Shown here in pieces: positions 52,214 to 60,100 of a stretch of 64,000 bases of DNA. Each line of letters opens with the position of its first letter. The first letter of the stretch is position 1. The stretch is from assembly GCA_007376185.1 (NCBI GenBank), contig VMFS01000003.1:25983-89982 (forward strand). Reading direction: 5' to 3'. Origin of the DNA: Parcubacteria group bacterium Gr01-1014_30. GTDB lineage: Bacteria > Patescibacteriota > Minisyncoccia > Minisyncoccales > 2-12-FULL-40-12. The notes under the pieces are model-generated. The model was not told the DNA's origin and ran no database searches. It saw only the letters and a program-made list of their open reading frames with translations. Both the position numbers and the translations under genes were made by a program.

Positions 52214-53173
52214 ATGGCGCTTTTGTTCAAAAAGAAAGTTTTACTAAAAAACCACACCACTTTTCGCATCGGCGGGCCGGCCAAGTGTTTTTACGAAGCG
52301 AAAACGGCAAAACATTTGATTGCCGCCTTGAGAAAAGCCAGAGAGTTGAAGTTGCCTTTTTTTGTTTTGGGTGAAGGCAGCAACCTTTTGGTTTCCGACA
52401 AGGGCTTTAACGGTTTGGTTGTTAAGATTCAAGATTCAAGATTCAAGATTCAAGATTCTTATCTTTGGGCGGCATCGGGCGTTTCTCTTTCAACTTTGGT
52501 GAGAGAAACCGGAAAACGAGGCCTTTCCGGCCTTGAGTGGGCTGGCGGTTTGCCAGGAACCTTTGGCGGAGCTGTTTTTGGGAACGCCGGCGCTTTTGGC
52601 GGAGAAACCAAAGACAATATTATTTGGGTTGAGGCCTTGGACCCCCACACCAATTTTGGTATGGGGGCGAGCAAAAACCTTAAAGTGAAGCGGTTTACTA
52701 AAGCGCAGTGCAAGTTTGGGTACAGAACTTCAATTTTTAAGGAGCGGGGATGGCTTGTGCTGTCTGCGTTGCTTTCGCTCAAAAGAGGAGACAAAAAGGC
52801 AATTCAAGGCGTAGCTTTAGCTCACATAAAACAGCGGAAAGAAAGGGGCCCTCTGGAATATCCCAACGCAGGCAGTATTTTTAAGAACTGCAAGGTGACT
52901 GGCGTGCCAAAAAAAGTTGCGGGAATGTTTAAAGGAGTTATAAAAGAAGACCCGTTTCCGGTTATTCCAACGGCCGCCATTATAGCCAAAACTCCGGGCC
53001 TAATGGGAATTAAAATAGGCGGAGCCCAAGTTTCCAAGAAGCATCCAAATTTCATCATAAACACTGGCGGAGCTAAAGCGATTGACGTGTTGTCGCTGAT
53101 AAACTTGGTGAAAAGAAAAGTGAAAAAAAGTTTCGGGGTGGACATAGCAGAAGAAATACGCTATATTGAGTAA
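52214..53173 (+). CDS. murB: UDP-N-acetylenolpyruvoylglucosamine reductase
   Basis: LLKNHTTFRIGGPAKCFYEAKT...LPFFVLGEGSNLLVSDKGFNG...FGYRTSIF...GSIFKN. The start was set at the ATG at 52214; the upstream extension is non-coding repeat DNA. Confidence 0.85.
   Translation: MALLFKKKVLLKNHTTFRIGGPAKCFYEAKTAKHLIAALRKARELKLPFFVLGEGSNLLVSDKGFNGLVVKIQDSRFKIQDSYLWAASGVSLSTLVRETGKRGLSGLEWAGGLPGTFGGAVFGNAGAFGGETKDNIIWVEALDPHTNFGMGASKNLKVKRFTKAQCKFGYRTSIFKERGWLVLSALLSLKRGDKKAIQGVALAHIKQRKERGPLEYPNAGSIFKNCKVTGVPKKVAGMFKGVIKEDPFPVIPTAAIIAKTPGLMGIKIGGAQVSKKHPNFIINTGGAKAIDVLSLINLVKRKVKKSFGVDIAEEIRYIE
52424..52458 (+). repeat. Perfect heptanucleotide tandem repeat (aagattc x5) inside murB
   Basis: Read directly. 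Encodes KIQDSRFKIQDS. Confidence 0.85.
52642..52667 (+). repeat. 26-nt palindrome inside murB sharing the cccccacacca arm with the 2132-2206 hairpin
   Basis: cccccacacc-aatttt-ggtatggggg. Encodes DPHTNFGMGA. Confidence 0.55.
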
Positions 53174-53176
53174 TCA

Positions 53177-53668
53177 ATGAAGGAAGGAAAAAGAAAGCCG
53201 AAAAAATCTAAGAAACGCGCCGCCAAACCGGCAGGGGCGCTTGAAAAGCGCGCCCAAAAAGCTGTTGCGCAAAAGGCGGCCAAATACTTTCAGGCGTTGG
53301 GACGCAGGAAAACATCTGTGGCAAGGGTGCGGCTTTGGACTCGAGGAGATGGGAAGTTTCTTATCAACGGGAAGCCGCTTGAAGCTTATTTTCCGTTAAG
53401 CGAGTTAAGGCAACAGGTTTTAGCGCCTTTGACAGAGATGGGTTCCGAGGACAAATTTACGATTTCCGCGCTGGTCAAAGGGGGTGGTTTTAGAGGGCAG
53501 GCAGAGGCCTTGCGCCATGGCTTGGCCAGAGCTCTTGTTTTTTTCAACGCCGATTTCAGAAAACGTTTGAAAAAGGCAGGATTTTTGACTCGCGACCCAA
53601 GGATGCGCGAAAGGAAAAAGTTCGGATTGAAAAGGGCAAGGAGGGCCCCGCAGTGGGCAAAACGTTAA
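53177..53668 (+). CDS. rpsI: 30S ribosomal protein S9 with a Lys/Ala-rich N-terminal extension
   Basis: GRRKTSVARVRL...GGGFRGQAEALRHGLARAL...LTRDPRMRERKKFGLKRARRAPQWAKR. Confidence 0.9.
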   Translation: MKEGKRKPKKSKKRAAKPAGALEKRAQKAVAQKAAKYFQALGRRKTSVARVRLWTRGDGKFLINGKPLEAYFPLSELRQQVLAPLTEMGSEDKFTISALVKGGGFRGQAEALRHGLARALVFFNADFRKRLKKAGFLTRDPRMRERKKFGLKRARRAPQWAKR

Positions 53669-53677
53669 ATTGCGTTC

Positions 53678-53738
53678 GGCAACGAACCCCGCCCTCTAAG
53701 CAGCGAAAATATAAAGCATAGAGGGCGGGGTTGTTGCC
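53678..53738. repeat. Long GC-rich hairpin of the CCCCGCCCT family (no T-tract)
   Basis: ggcaacgaaccccgccctcta-[20-nt loop]-tagagggcggggttgttgcc. Confidence 0.7.
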
Positions 53739-53753
53739 TCACTTAAACTTAAC

Positions 53754-54443
53754 ATGTTGAAGGAACTCATAGACAAATTTTATTTGGACAGGCAAAAGGA
53801 TAGAGAACAGAAGCATTTTTACATTACCGACGCCGGAAAGTGCGGCCGGGCCGTGTTTTTCAAGTTCAAAAACGCGCCGCGCAGAGAACTTGACGCCAAC
53901 ATTCTGCGTCTTTTTGACCACGGCGACCATATACATCAGCTCATTATGAAGCCGCTTTTGAGTACGAGGGACATTCACGTGGTGGCTTCAGAAGTCAACA
54001 TTCCTCCTCAAGAACTGATATCTGGAAGAGCGGACGCCATCTTGTCAGACGGCTCCGACTTGTACGTGCTGGATATTAAAAGCATGAACAGCATGGTTTT
54101 CAGAAACCTGCAAACTCCCAAGGAAGAAAACGTTGACCAGATCCAACTTTACCTGCACTACTTCAAAATACCCAAAGGCATTTTGCTTTATGTTAACAAA
54201 GACAATCAGGACTTAAAAGAGTTCTTGGTGAACTATGACAAAGCCCGGGCGTTAAAGTTGCTGAACGCTCTGGCCGAACTCAAGAAAAAAATTGACTCAA
54301 ACCTGATTCCCGACCGCCTTGAAGACTACCCCAATAACTGGCAGTGTCAGTACTGCCCTTTTAGGACTGTCTGCGACCAAGCCGGTCCCGGGGAGGTTTC
54401 TTGGGAAGAGTTTAAAGCAAAAGTTCAGGGCTCAGGGGATTAG
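53754..54443 (+). CDS. Stand-alone Cas4/RecB-like PD-(D/E)XK nuclease with Fe-S cysteine set
   Basis: N-terminal DAGKCGR. GRADAIL...LYVLDIKS (D...DxK). QIQLYLHY (QxxxY). C-terminal WQCQYCPFRTVC. Confidence 0.65.
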   Translation: MLKELIDKFYLDRQKDREQKHFYITDAGKCGRAVFFKFKNAPRRELDANILRLFDHGDHIHQLIMKPLLSTRDIHVVASEVNIPPQELISGRADAILSDGSDLYVLDIKSMNSMVFRNLQTPKEENVDQIQLYLHYFKIPKGILLYVNKDNQDLKEFLVNYDKARALKLLNALAELKKKIDSNLIPDRLEDYPNNWQCQYCPFRTVCDQAGPGEVSWEEFKAKVQGSGD

Positions 54444-55307
54444 GGCCGAGGATGCGTATAGGTTTCCTTCACTCAGGACGTAGAGACGTTTGTTTTCGTG
54501 GCTGAAGAATATTTTTGGCTCTGCGAACTCGGCCAAGTCAACGATGTTTAGCCCTTCACGGTCGTCAATTTCGGCGACTTTTATTTTTTCTCCGACCGAA
54601 AAAACCAAATAGTAATCGTCCATCCAAAAAACGTCAGAGACCTTTTGGGCAAAACGAGCCACAAGTACTTTATCTCCAGGGTACCTGCGCGGTTGTCCCA
54701 GTTCTTCTTTCAGGAACAGCACCCATATTTCAGAGTTTGAAAAGTAGAGCAGTTTTTTGGCATCTGGAGAGAGTTTAGCGCCTTTTGCTTCTTCAAATAA
54801 ATTTTCAAAGGAGCCGGCGGCCTCATCAAATAAGTACAGAACTTGCGTTTCTTCGTCAATGTAATAATCTATTTTGACCGAGTTTTCGGACGATGTTACT
54901 GCCGAAGGCGGCATTTTTGCAGCGTTTTGGGCCAGTTCCTCAAAAGCTGGATTTTTAGGCAGTAAAATGACGTTTTTGGCGTCGGTTACCTGTTTTTGGA
55001 CAACCTGTAAAGTTTTTTTCCAGGAGTGATAGTCATCTTTGCGGATTTCCACGTCGTAGTTTTTGGGAATTAAGTTGTAAATGTAGGCGGCTCCGAAAAA
55101 AGGGTCGGTTCTTTTAACAAGCTTGCCGTCCAAAAAAATCTGCGCGTTTCTTGGCCAACCTTTAAAGTAAAAACCGCCGGTTTGGGTTATTTTTTTGTTT
55201 TCAAGATCAATGCGGTATCCCAAAGAGTAGCCAATGACCAGGGGAGTTATTACTGTGAAAATAATTGCGAGGGACATTATTAAGATTACGCGAGTTTTTT
55301 TGGCCAT
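54432..55307 (-). CDS. Membrane-anchored PEGA-domain protein
   Basis: N-terminal TM helix. PRNAQIFLDGKLV...YDVEIRKDDYHSWKKTLQV is PEGA-like. Confidence 0.5.
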   Translation of the reverse strand: MAKKTRVILIMSLAIIFTVITPLVIGYSLGYRIDLENKKITQTGGFYFKGWPRNAQIFLDGKLVKRTDPFFGAAYIYNLIPKNYDVEIRKDDYHSWKKTLQVVQKQVTDAKNVILLPKNPAFEELAQNAAKMPPSAVTSSENSVKIDYYIDEETQVLYLFDEAAGSFENLFEEAKGAKLSPDAKKLLYFSNSEIWVLFLKEELGQPRRYPGDKVLVARFAQKVSDVFWMDDYYLVFSVGEKIKVAEIDDREGLNIVDLAEFAEPKIFFSHENKRLYVLSEGNLYASSALIP

Positions 55308-55439
55308 AACAATGTGATTTTACCCCGTTAGAAAGGTATTTTTCAAGTCCGCAGTGATAATTCGTTTTATGGCGAAGCCGACTTGCGTCTCTGAAAGAGG
55401 CATTACCACTTTGTTGAAAAGGAAAGGTGCGGTGTATTG

Positions 55440-55511
55440 ACCCCGTAATACAACTTTCGGCGCGCTAAAGCGCAAAATCGCCGAAGGCGACCGAAAGATG
55501 ATATACGAGGT
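55440..55511 (+). repeat. Y-shaped structured repeat, copy 2
   Basis: accccgta-atacaa-ctttcgg-[gcgc...gcgc]-aaaa-[tcgcc gaa ggcga]-ccgaaag-atgata-tacgaggt. Confidence 0.7.
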
Positions 55512-55527
55512 ATTGACTTAAATTTTG

Positions 55528-55536
55528 TGGTATAAT
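55528..55536 (+). promoter_or_regulatory. Extended -10 promoter element TGgTATAAT
   Basis: tggtataat lies ~40 nt upstream of the DUF378 gene start. Confidence 0.4.
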
Positions 55537-55574
55537 AAGACAAAGGTCGAGTTTTTAAACCGGAATAAACTAAG

Positions 55575-55811
55575 ATGAACGCTTTACACATAGTTGCTTT
55601 TACCCTTTTAGTGGTTGGCGGTTTGAACTGGCTGCTGGTTGGGTTGGTTGGTTGGGATGTGGGCGCGTTATTTGGCGGCCAAGGGGCAGCAGTTTCAAGA
55701 GTCATTTACATATTAGTGGGACTTGCAGCCATCTTTGAGGCCGCAACTCATGGTTCAACGTGCAAGGCCTGTTCAGGTATGATGAAAGGGCAAAGTCAGC
55801 CCATGGCTTGA
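55575..55811 (+). CDS. DUF378-family small membrane protein
   Basis: IVAFTLLVVGGLNWLLVGLVGWDVGALFGG...RVIYILVGLAAI. Confidence 0.6.
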   Translation: MNALHIVAFTLLVVGGLNWLLVGLVGWDVGALFGGQGAAVSRVIYILVGLAAIFEAATHGSTCKACSGMMKGQSQPMA

Positions 55812-55837
55812 GTTTGTTGATAAGCAAGTGAATGATG

Positions 55838-55868
55838 GCCCCGTATACCGTTTATACGGGGCTTTGAT
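55838..55868 (+). terminator. Hairpin with a weak T-tract; shares its stem with the outer stem of the Y-repeat
   Basis: g-ccccgtata-ccgtt-tatacgggg-c then tttgatt. Confidence 0.5.
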
Positions 55869-55886
55869 TAAAGGTATACAAAAGAT

Positions 55887-57125
55887 ATGAAAAAGTATTT
55901 TTTACTTTTGTTGATTTTAGCCATATTTTTGGTTCTTTATTTTTGGCCTTTTCCTGGAGTTCAAAAGCCAGCAGAGCCAGCCTTGGAGACGGAAGTTACG
56001 GACCAAATAACCGTTGATGAAGTTGAAGAACCAGATGAAGGTGAAGAGTCGGAAGGTCTTGAGGTGGTCGCCCGAGAACTGCAAATTCCTTGGGAAATAG
56101 CTTTCCTGCCTGCGCCTGACCGCCTGTCTGCGCAGGCAGGCGCAGGCAGGCAGGAAGGTTTGCCTGATGGCACTTTACTGGCAACCGAAAGGCCGGGAAA
56201 CTTGGCAGTTATTCGTGACGGAAAGGTCGTTAGTCGCATTGCGGTTTCCGGCGTTTACCACAGCGGCGAAGGGGGCTTGCTAGGCATGGCTTTGCATCCA
56301 GATTTCAGGGAGAACAAATTTTTGTATCTCTATTTCACATACAGGGAAGGCAGCCAAACCAAAAACAAAGTGGAGAGATATATTTTTGACGGCGACATTT
56401 TGTCAGACAGAAAAATTATTATTGACAACATTCCGGGAGCTGCAAATCACAACGGCGGCAGAATCGCTTTCGGGCCAGACAGCTACTTATATATAACTAC
56501 TGGAGACGCGCAGGCGCCTAATTTGGCGCAGAACATCAATTCGCTTGCCGGAAAGGTTTTGCGTTTAAGAGACGATGGTTCCATTCCCGAGGACAACCCC
56601 TTTGCTTCGGCCGGCTCAGCACAAGCTGACGCGGTTTGGTCTTTTGGCTATCGCAATCCGCAAGGCCTGGCGTGGGACCAAGCAGGGAGGTTATGGAGCA
56701 CAGAGCACGGCCCTTCTTCTTTGGTGTTGCCGAATTGCTGCCAGGACGAGGTTAATTTGATTGAGAAAGGAGCTAACTACGGCTGGCCAGATAGTGTTGG
56801 AGGTAAAGTAAAAGCAGGAACTATGGCGTCAAAACTGCATTCAGGCGGCGACACTTGGGCGCCATCTGGCGCGGCATACTATAACGGCTCTTTGTTTTTT
56901 GGCGGCCTAAGAGGCCAGAGTTTATATGAGGTGGTTTTACAGGGAGAGGAAGTTGTTGAATTAAAGAGACACTTTAAAGGAGAGTTCGGGCGGATCCGGG
57001 GGGTTTCTCTGGAGCCTGACGGTTTTTTGTACATTATCACTTCCAACAAAGACGGCAGAGGCGTTCCCCAAGCCGACGACGACAAGATAATTCGACTGAA
57101 CCCCAAACTCATCTTTAGTTATTAA
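55887..57125 (+). CDS. PQQ-dependent soluble sugar (glucose/sorbosone) dehydrogenase-like beta-propeller, membrane anchored, with an in-frame insert
   Basis: LGMALHPDF...YLYFTY, NHNGGRIAFGPDSYLYITTGD, GYRNPQGLAWD, GANYGWP. N-terminal TM helix plus an acidic linker. Confidence 0.75.
   Translation: MKKYFLLLLILAIFLVLYFWPFPGVQKPAEPALETEVTDQITVDEVEEPDEGEESEGLEVVARELQIPWEIAFLPAPDRLSAQAGAGRQEGLPDGTLLATERPGNLAVIRDGKVVSRIAVSGVYHSGEGGLLGMALHPDFRENKFLYLYFTYREGSQTKNKVERYIFDGDILSDRKIIIDNIPGAANHNGGRIAFGPDSYLYITTGDAQAPNLAQNINSLAGKVLRLRDDGSIPEDNPFASAGSAQADAVWSFGYRNPQGLAWDQAGRLWSTEHGPSSLVLPNCCQDEVNLIEKGANYGWPDSVGGKVKAGTMASKLHSGGDTWAPSGAAYYNGSLFFGGLRGQSLYEVVLQGEEVVELKRHFKGEFGRIRGVSLEPDGFLYIITSNKDGRGVPQADDDKIIRLNPKLIFSY
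56109..56162 (+). repeat. In-frame GC-rich palindromic module (54 nt, 18 codons)
   Basis: Encodes PAPDRLSAQAGAGRQEGL between IAFL and PDGTLLATER. Arms cctgcctgcgc / gcgcaggcagg. Confidence 0.75.
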
Positions 57126-57196
57126 ACAACCTTAAACAGCACTTTCAACAACTGTACAGTTTTAATTTTGGTCAAATTTGGTAGAATGATAAAATT

Positions 57197-57565
57197 ATGT
57201 CAATTTGGATGGTGACAATCATTTTACTCGCAGCCGCGCTTTCGGGCTGGCTGCTTTTGAAAAGAAACCCTGACCGTTATATTCACGAGAAAACATCGCC
57301 AATGAACATTTTCTTCAAGTGGGGTCACGCTTGGCACCATATTTTTAAGGTCGCGATAATCATTTTGGTTATGATTGTCGTTTTTTCTCTTTACAAGTAT
57401 CTTTTGGCGGCTTCTAGGGTTTTTGCGTTAACAGTAGCGGTCTTGGCCGGAGTTATTCTTTCTGGCGGAAAGGAATTGCTGGATAAATATATTACCTTGG
57501 ACGATGTCATCTCCTCTGCCTTAGCTATAATTGCGGGCTTTTTGTTGCTGTTTTTTCTTTTTTAA
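57197..57565 (+). CDS. Small membrane protein, unknown function
   Basis: Four predicted hydrophobic helices. No motif. Confidence 0.35.
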   Translation: MSIWMVTIILLAAALSGWLLLKRNPDRYIHEKTSPMNIFFKWGHAWHHIFKVAIIILVMIVVFSLYKYLLAASRVFALTVAVLAGVILSGGKELLDKYITLDDVISSALAIIAGFLLLFFLF

Positions 57566-57592
57566 TAGCGTGTTATATAAAAAGTATAGCTT

Positions 57593-58177
57593 ATGGTTTT
57601 AACCGAGTCGGTTCAAAAATTAAAGAAGGGAGACAAGGCGCCGGATTTTTCTTTGAAAGGCGTTGACGACAAAATATACTCTTTGAAGGACTTTGAAGGC
57701 CTGCCTGCCCCCCTGCGCGGTCAGGCGCAGGCAGGCAAACAAGGCCTTTTGGTTATATTTATGTGTAACCACTGCCCTTACGTGAGAGCGAAACTGCCGG
57801 TCATTGCCGAGCTTTACAAAAAGTGGGGTACTAGGATTTCTTTTTGCGGCATCAACAGCAATGACTCTGGATACGAAGGCGAAGGCATGGACAATATGAA
57901 GGTTTTTGCCAAAGAGAGAGCAATTGCTTTTCCTTACTTGTTTGACACACTTCAAGATGTTGCCAAGGCCTATGGAGCAACTTGTACTCCCGACCCGTTT
58001 TTATTCAATAAAAATTCTGAACTGGTTTTCCACGGACGAATTGACGACGCCACGGGCCCGGGCGAGACGGCCAAAGAGAAGACCATGGACGAGAATATCT
58101 CAAAAATGCTTTCAGGCCAAGAAATTTCTGACGAGTTCAAACCGTCAATGGGATGCTCCATTAAGTGGACCCCGTAA
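57593..58177 (+). CDS. Thioredoxin-fold (redoxin-like) protein with an in-frame insert; its stop codon lies inside a repeat
   Basis: KAPDFSLKGVDDKIYSLKDFEG...LLVIFMCNHCPYV (CxxC). The TAA at 58175-58177 lies within ccccgTAAtac of Y-repeat copy 3. Confidence 0.65.
   Translation: MVLTESVQKLKKGDKAPDFSLKGVDDKIYSLKDFEGLPAPLRGQAQAGKQGLLVIFMCNHCPYVRAKLPVIAELYKKWGTRISFCGINSNDSGYEGEGMDNMKVFAKERAIAFPYLFDTLQDVAKAYGATCTPDPFLFNKNSELVFHGRIDDATGPGETAKEKTMDENISKMLSGQEISDEFKPSMGCSIKWTP
57701..57745 (-). repeat. In-frame palindromic module (45 nt, 15 codons), same family as 56109-56162 but in opposite orientation
   Basis: The reverse complement tgcctgcctgcgcctgaccgcgcag matches tcctgcctgcgcctgaccgcctgtctgcgcag of the other copy. 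Encodes LPAPLRGQAQAGKQG. Confidence 0.7.
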
Positions 58178-58248
58178 TACAACTTTCGGTGTGTTCTTGA
58201 AAAGAACACAATTATCGCCGCAGGCGACCGAAAGATGATATACGGGGT
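58169..58248 (+). repeat. Y-shaped structured repeat, copy 3
   Basis: accccgta-atacaa-ctttcgg-[tgtgttctt gaaa agaacaca]-attat-[tcgcc gca ggcga]-ccgaaag-atgata-tacggggt. It exactly fills the gap between two convergent genes. Confidence 0.7.
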
Positions 58249-58251
58249 GGA

Positions 58252-59373
58252 TTACCCGAAAGTAAAAGCGTAAAAACGCGCGCCTCCGCTTTTAATGCGC
58301 AATTCCAAAAAGTGTTCGCCGGTTTTCTCGTTGTTTATTATTTTGTAAAGGCGGCTTTCTTGAATAATCATTTTGCCCTCTAAGTCAACGTCGGCTCCCT
58401 TTGAGCTGTCGGCAAGAGGTTTGCCGTCCTGCCATATTTCGACTTCGACTGGTCCTTGAGCGTCAGCAACTATAAAAACCTCTTTGGCAGAGTAGATATA
58501 ACCGATTTTAGTGTCGCCTGAAAGGGCTTTTGCTGCTTCCGGCGAGATTTCCCACTGGCCTTGAAGGTAGAGAGTGTTTCTAGAGAAGGTTTCCGGAAAC
58601 TCAAGCTGGTAAGTTCCTGCTTTTCCTTTTATGTTTTGCGCTGTTCGCTCGTTGCGTAAAGACCCGAAATAAGTTTCGGGGCTAAGGGCGAAATTTTTTC
58701 CCCTTTCTATTTCCTCTGACGAAAGTGAACTTTCGATGGCGATTTTTTCGCTAACTCTTTCCGCTCTTTCTTGCAGCAGTTTTTGGATTAGCTTTTCAGT
58801 TTCCTCGTAAGCGTCTTCTCCTATGTGGTCGTAGACGATAAAGCCGTCAATGTCTATTAAGTATTTTCTCGGCCAGTAGCGGTTTTGGTAAGCTGACCAG
58901 GTGCCGTAATCATTGTCTAAAACCACGGGATATTTAATGCCCGATCTTATCACAGCTTCAAGGACATTTTCATAGTCCTTTTCAAACGTGAACTCGGGCG
59001 TGTGAATGCCCACTATCAAAAGGCCGTCTTTTGCGTATCTTTCGTACCAGGCGTTCAGATATGGCTGGGTCCGCTGGCAGTTGATGCAGCTGTAGGTCCA
59101 AAAGTCAATAAGAATAACCTTCTTGCCGATGTTTTCAGCAATGGTTATGGACTCGCCTTCGGTATTAATGAAGCCAGCAGGATTCACAATTTCCCGCGCT
59201 CTGGGGTAAATCTTTTCCTTTTGCGTACTGGTCGGAGTTTCCTCACTAATCCTAATTTCGGCTTCTTCGGAAAGACCGGTTCTGCCCCCGGCCCCCAAGA
59301 AATAAATTGCGCTTACAATGATAGCGGTGGCAATGAGCAAAAGAGAAGCTCGCTTTAGCATAGGTTTATTCAT
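58252..59373 (-). CDS. Membrane-anchored thioredoxin-like protein with a DipZ-type C-terminal domain
   Basis: VILIDFWTYSCINCQRTQPYLNAWYERY (CxxC redoxin) plus a ~170-aa C-terminal beta-rich domain, as in the DipZ C-terminus. Confidence 0.65.
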   Translation of the reverse strand: MNKPMLKRASLLLIATAIIVSAIYFLGAGGRTGLSEEAEIRISEETPTSTQKEKIYPRAREIVNPAGFINTEGESITIAENIGKKVILIDFWTYSCINCQRTQPYLNAWYERYAKDGLLIVGIHTPEFTFEKDYENVLEAVIRSGIKYPVVLDNDYGTWSAYQNRYWPRKYLIDIDGFIVYDHIGEDAYEETEKLIQKLLQERAERVSEKIAIESSLSSEEIERGKNFALSPETYFGSLRNERTAQNIKGKAGTYQLEFPETFSRNTLYLQGQWEISPEAAKALSGDTKIGYIYSAKEVFIVADAQGPVEVEIWQDGKPLADSSKGADVDLEGKMIIQESRLYKIINNEKTGEHFLELRIKSGGARFYAFTFG

Positions 59374-60098
59374 TGACCGAGCAGTTTCTCCAGCAGCCCA
59401 AAGTTGGCAAGGACTGCAAGTTTTTGCGTGAAAACAAGCACTCCAAGGATAATAAGGATTACGCCAAAGACAACCGTAATGTACTTGGCCGCCCGATTAA
59501 ACTTAGCAAGGTATTTTTGCACTTGTGCGGTAAAAGCTCCAATTACTAAAAAAGGTACGCCCAAACCGAGAGAGTAGCTCAACAGAAGCCAGAAAGCAGC
59601 GGAGGGTGCAGAGGCCGCCAGCCCCAGTATTGCTCCCAGAGCCGCCCCAACACAAGGAGTCCAGCCCGCCGCGAAAGCGGCTCCGAATAAAAGAGAAGTT
59701 ACATTGCGCCCGAATTGGCCCTTGAGGCGCGATGATAACTTCTCGCTGACACCAAACGTGTGCGCTCTTTCCAAATACGGAATGCTAAAGAGTCGGGTTA
59801 AATACAAGCCGAAAAAAATGATAATAGTGCCCCCGATTCTTGCCAGCCAGATTTGGGCGTCATAAGCTACCCTGGAAAGCAGTGTGTTCAAAAGAACTCC
59901 CAGCGCCGCGAAAACCAACGTGAAGCCGAGCACGAACAACAAGGCGGCGCCAAAGACTCTGCCGCGACTTTTTTCGCCAGTAGTCACGCCGCCTGAAAGA
60001 TAAGCCAAAAAACCCGGAATTATTGGCAGGACGCAAGGCGAGATGAAAGACACAAGGCCTGCAATGAAAGCTATGCCGATTGATATTTGCGTTGCCAT
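59370..60098 (-). CDS. ccdA: Cytochrome c biogenesis-type thiol:disulfide electron transporter CcdA (DsbD core)
   Basis: FIAGLVSFISPCVLPIIPGFLAYL and AAGWTPCVGAALGAIL are the two conserved Cys-containing helices. Six TM helices. Confidence 0.8.
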   Translation of the reverse strand: MATQISIGIAFIAGLVSFISPCVLPIIPGFLAYLSGGVTTGEKSRGRVFGAALLFVLGFTLVFAALGVLLNTLLSRVAYDAQIWLARIGGTIIIFFGLYLTRLFSIPYLERAHTFGVSEKLSSRLKGQFGRNVTSLLFGAAFAAGWTPCVGAALGAILGLAASAPSAAFWLLLSYSLGLGVPFLVIGAFTAQVQKYLAKFNRAAKYITVVFGVILIILGVLVFTQKLAVLANFGLLEKLLGQ

Positions 60099-60100
60099 AA

